Part shown: positions 59,869-64,000 of the stretch, one piece after another
How the letters are laid out: every line of letters starts with the position of its first letter
Numbering within the stretch: the stretch's first letter is position 1
Origin: the human T2T-CHM13v2.0 reference genome, Homo sapiens
Reading direction: 5' to 3'
DNA: 64,000 nucleotides
Assembly: GCA_009914755.4 (NCBI GenBank)
Contig: CP068257.2
Coordinates: forward strand, 43,328,001-43,392,000
Made by a program: the position numbers and the translations under genes
Notes under the pieces: model-generated
What the model saw: only the letters and a program-made list of their open reading frames with translations
Database searches by the model: none
Told to the model about the DNA's origin: nothing

Positions 59869-62344
59869 TCCCCTTAAGATCAGGAGCAAGGCAGGGTGCC
59901 CACTGTCATCATTCTAGTCCACACTGTACAAGGCCTAGGAAAGGGTCACAGGAAAGACAAGAAAAAGAAATGAAAGGGGCTTAAAAAGATAGAGTGTCCA
60001 TTTCTAGATAGAATGTCAACACACCAGGGCTGGGATCAGGGGCTCCACCCTCTTATCCTGCTGTGCAGTCGTCCTCAATATGTGGTTGCTAACTCCTAGT
60101 CTAGGATGGCCGCCCATGTGCCAGCCATCATGCTTGTCTTCCAGCCAACCGTAGAGAGGTAAATGAAAAGGAGGTATACCTCCTTCTCCCTGTTAGGACA
60201 TTACTAGTGAGGCCTAGACCACTTTTACTTCCATCCCACTAGCCAGAGTATAATTGTATTGTTGGAGTTAGAATCCATCGTTTCTGGATGGCCCAAGTCC
60301 TTAACAAACGGAGGATGGGACGGGGGACCATTAGCTCAGCCTGGAGACAAACACACGGAACTGAAGGAAAAGCCCAGGCAGTGGGCAGACTGGTGGCCAA
60401 GCCAAGACCTGAGGTCCTCTCTCCCTGCGGGGAGCTGTGCTGGGCCGCCATTGTCTGCCACCATCCATGGCCTGCGCAGGCCTCCAGCCCCTCGGAGGCT
60501 AGTTCAGGAGGCTGGGGACAGCCTTGTTCGTTGATGGCACCTGGAGCAACGTGAGGGGTGCATGAGCACTGGCCGGGTTGTAGGACACCGAGTGACGTTG
60601 TGCCCCAGCGTCACTGGGAGAGATGCTGGAGCAGCGGTTTTGCCTTGCGGAGCTGTGTATTGGCGGGGAGGGCTTCTAGAAAATGTGCAGAGCACAGTTG
60701 GATTTTGTTATAAATTTCAGCAGGGATATTTTTAGCTCAAGGACTCAGGAGAAACCTGACTGTGCAGCCCCAAAGTCCCGAAGGTGCCGTCATAGCCTGG
60801 ACACCGGCTGCACAGGCTCCACTGGGTCCAGGCAGCCGCCTTTGGGAGGGCCAAGCTCTAGGTCTTGAGGGGAGTTGAGGCCGCACAGCTCCTGTTATGG
60901 GCTTCGTGCGCCCTGGAAGGTTTTCCCTGCTGGGCACAGGGACCGCTGGGCCACAGTGAGGCACTGGCTCTACATTTAAGCCATGAGGATGTTGGGGCTA
61001 CACTTGCTGCAGAAAGAAACAGACATTGCGCAGGGGACATGGCACTGGAGTCTGGCCTGCGCTGTGGCTGGGTGACAGCGCACAGGTCATCAGGGCCTCT
61101 GGAGTGGATATGGTCATTCCTGCAGGGGAGAGGACAGCGTGAGACGTGCCCATGGGAGGCACCTGTATTTCACTGAACGCCTTTCAGACAGTCTCAGAGA
61201 GATGGAAGAGCTGACAGCGTCTTCCAGAGGGAGTGGGGACGGGGTGGCCATCTGGCGGCCACGCCGGGCCTTGGCTTTCTTCGAGTTTCGGTAGAAGAAT
61301 CCTCTGACCCCACCACAGGTCCAGCCCAGGCAGGGTCTCTGTGATGGTGGAGCCAGGAGGCCGTGACCTTGCAGATTTCTCCTCAAGCTCATTTGTAAGG
61401 AGGGAGTGGCCAGAGGACTGGAGGATGTTTTGCCATGGATGGGGCCTGCACAATAAATAGGCAGCTCTTGGAGGAAACGTGAGGTTTCATCCAGCAGACC
61501 CCCCAAGCCACTGCATCTAACGTCTGTCCTGCAGCTGGGGGAGGGGTGGTGAACTCGTCCTGTCACAAGGCAGGGACCAGGCAGTGAGGAGGTGCTCCGG
61601 GCTGGGTGCCGAGAGAGCGGGTCCTTCTGGAAAGGGCTGTGGACACAGCAGGGAGGCTGGGCATTCAGGTTAAAGTCAAACCAGACCAGATGTGCAGAGA
61701 CTCTCAGGACGGACAGAGGGTCACACAGACACAGGGGCAGGAGTACTGAGCTGGGGCCTCCCCACCAAGCAGGGTCTCGGGCCGAGGGATCAGCCCTGGC
61801 AATGGAGCACGTGGGGAGAGTGCCTCCTCCCTGCACACATGGGCCCTGAGTCCACAGGGGCCACAAGATCCCCAGGCAGTGTGGCCCTGGCTTTCGGGAC
61901 CTGGGGCCTCCCCAGGCATGTACACCGGAATCCCCTGAGCACCGCCAACGACAGGTACCCCACACCCAGGAGGGCATGTGGATGAGGAGAGGGGCTCAGG
62001 CAGGGCCTTTGCTGAAACGCCCAGGGGTTAAGATTTGCTTGTAGATAAAAAAATCCCTATTCTAGGAACTTACCTGGGATACCTATCCATTAAGATATGT
62101 GCCCCTAATACTGTGTCAACACCTCACCTCATCTTTGTGGAGGGTCCTTGCCCCCTGAGGAGAGGGGAAGAGTTGAGCTGGGTGGGCCAGAGCCCCCTGT
62201 ACTCCTGGGTGCTCCCCAGCCTACACTCAGCTCTGGGTCCTGACCCTGTCTCCCTAGGCAGCCGGTTGCATCCCCTCTGTGCAGAATGTGAACCCCCAAG
62301 CAAGGCCCTGCTCCCCCTGGGCCCCAGAAGCCCCTGGGGGCCAT

Positions 62345-63125
62345 AGGGTCCTGAGGAGTGACCGTCTGTCTGGGGGTCACAGCGTCCTGCGGAGGGACCG
62401 TCTGTCTGGGGGTCACAGGGTCCTGAGGAGGGACCGTCTGTCTGGGGGTCACAGGGTCCTGCGGAGGGACCGTCTGTCTGGGGGTCACAGCGTCCTGCGG
62501 AGGGACCGTCTGTCTGGGGGTCACAGCGTCCTGCGGAGGGACCGTCTGGGGGTCACAGGGTCCTGAGGAGTGACCGTCTGTCTGGGGGTCACAGCGTCCT
62601 GCGGAGTGACCGTCTGTCTGGGGGTCACAGCGTCCTGCGGAGGGACCGTCTGTCTGGGGGTCACAGGGTCCTGAGGAGGGACCGTCTGTCTGGGGGTCAC
62701 AGCGTCCTGCGGAGTGACCGTCTGTCTGGGGGTCACAGCGTCCTGCGGAGGGACCGTCTGTCTGGGGGTCACAGCGTCCTGCGGAGTGACCGTCTGTCTG
62801 GGGGTCACAGCGTCCTGCGGAGTGACCGTCTGTCTGGGGGTCACAGCGTCCTGCGGAGGGACCGTCTGTCTGGGGGTCACAGGGTCCTGAGGAGGGACCG
62901 TCTGTCTGGGGGTCACAGCGTCCTGCGGAGTGACCGTCTGTCTGGGGGTCACAGCGTCCTGCGGAGGGACCGTCTGTCTGGGGGTCACAGCGTCCTGAGG
63001 AGTGACCGTCTGTCTGGGGGTCACAGCGTCCTGCAGAGGGACCGTCTGTCTGGGGGTCACAGGGTCCTGCGGAGGGACCGTCTGTCTGGGGGTCACAGGG
63101 TCCTGTGGAGGGGCCGCCTGCCTCT
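62345..63125. repeat. 36-bp VNTR, about 21 copies (GGTCACAGCGTCCTGCGGAGGGACCGTCTGTCTGGG), two alternating variants (cagcgtcctgcggag / cagggtcctgaggag; gggacc / gtgacc)
   Basis: Direct reading. The 36-bp period (12 codons) explains the 215-aa minus-strand ORF (PQDAVTPRQTVT)n. Confidence 0.95.
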
Positions 63126-63231
63126 TCTGGCTTCTGGAGGTGCCTGGGGCTCCTTGGCTTGTGGCCACACTATCCCCATTCCTGCCTCTTAGTCTCTCAT
63201 AAGACTTGTCATTGGATCTAGGGCACCCTCA

Positions 63232-63546
<315 letters not shown>

Positions 63547-64000
63547 ATCCTTAACATAATGACCTCTGCAAAAACCCTATTTCCAAATAAGCCACATTGA
63601 CAGGTTCCAGGGTTACGGTGTGGACATCTTGAGGGGTCACCATTCAGCCCACTCCAGAGGGGTCCATTGAGCTGGGTCCTCTGCAGGGCTGTGGCCTGTG
63701 CTGGGTGGAGACAGTCCTGGGGTGCTGGAGGCAAGCGGGGCTTCACTCAGGGCTGTATCTGGCTGCCTCCGAATCGCAACAGAAGCTCAACAAGCCTGGA
63801 GCTCCCTCAGGGGGCTCAGTGGCCTCTGAGACCTCCCATCTTCCATTTTCCCCTAGAGCTGGCCATGCCTGGGGACTCTGACCATGGGCCCCAGAGAGCG
63901 CTGCTCCCCTTTGGCCAGCGACAGGGTGGCCAGGCCCAGGATCTGGAGGGAGAAAGCTGCTGGCCTTCTCCAGGGTGCAGCCTGGAGCTTCCCTGCTCTT

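Noticed and set aside
62345-63125. Regular 36-bp repeats, superficially CRISPR-like in repeat length
   Set aside because: The units abut directly with no unique spacers, and the variation is unit-internal (MVR type). The context is a human genome with flanking Alu elements, so this is not a CRISPR array. The same applies to the 57-bp and 42-bp arrays.
62129-63168. 215-aa and 131-aa minus-strand ORFs (PQDAVTPRQTVT)n
   Set aside because: They are products of the 36-bp (12-codon) VNTR.

Overview
This window is human (primate) nuclear DNA, not prokaryotic, and I find no novel biological system in it. Nothing resembles a bacterial gene, operon, CRISPR array or defence island. The six-frame ORF track is almost entirely noise: the long ORFs lie in GC-rich, stop-poor sequence or in tandem arrays whose period is a multiple of 3.

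What identifies it as human:
- At least 8 Alu SINEs, four with intact target-site duplications (TSDs).
- L1 LINE fragments, one with a recognisable ORF2 C-terminus (…FTIAKTWNQ…IDWI…IYTMEYYAAIK…, 58.9-59.3 kb, minus strand).
- A MaLR/THE1-like LTR and MIR fragments.

The dominant content is tandem repeats:
- More than 25 independent GC-rich minisatellite/VNTR arrays lie between 1 and 37 kb and again at 51.8, 52.9 and 62.3 kb.
- Unit sizes are 12, 15, 20, 21, 36, 41-44, 57, 61, 68 and 85 bp. The largest arrays are a 57-bp array of about 22 copies and a 36-bp array of about 21 copies.
- A 1.2-kb C-rich CACACCCC-type array and several (GT)n-like tracts are also present.
- This density and composition are typical of a terminal or subtelomeric GC-rich chromosome band. 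I cannot assign the chromosome from sequence alone.

Other findings worth follow-up:
- Ancient L1 fragments at 34.6-35.2, 38.96-39.09 and 51.99-52.29 kb carry many CpG-creating A/T to G/C changes relative to the family consensus as I remember it. This would be a signature of GC-biased gene conversion.
- The fragment at 51.99-52.29 kb grades into an orphan CpG island at 52.28-53.74 kb that contains a G-rich internal repeat.
- One plausible real coding element is a candidate 3'-terminal exon at 9396-9519 (+). It has a canonical polypyrimidine/AG acceptor, an in-frame stop and an AATAAA about 125 bp downstream.
- An AT-rich LINE/LTR block at 38.95-45.1 kb interrupts the GC-rich domain.
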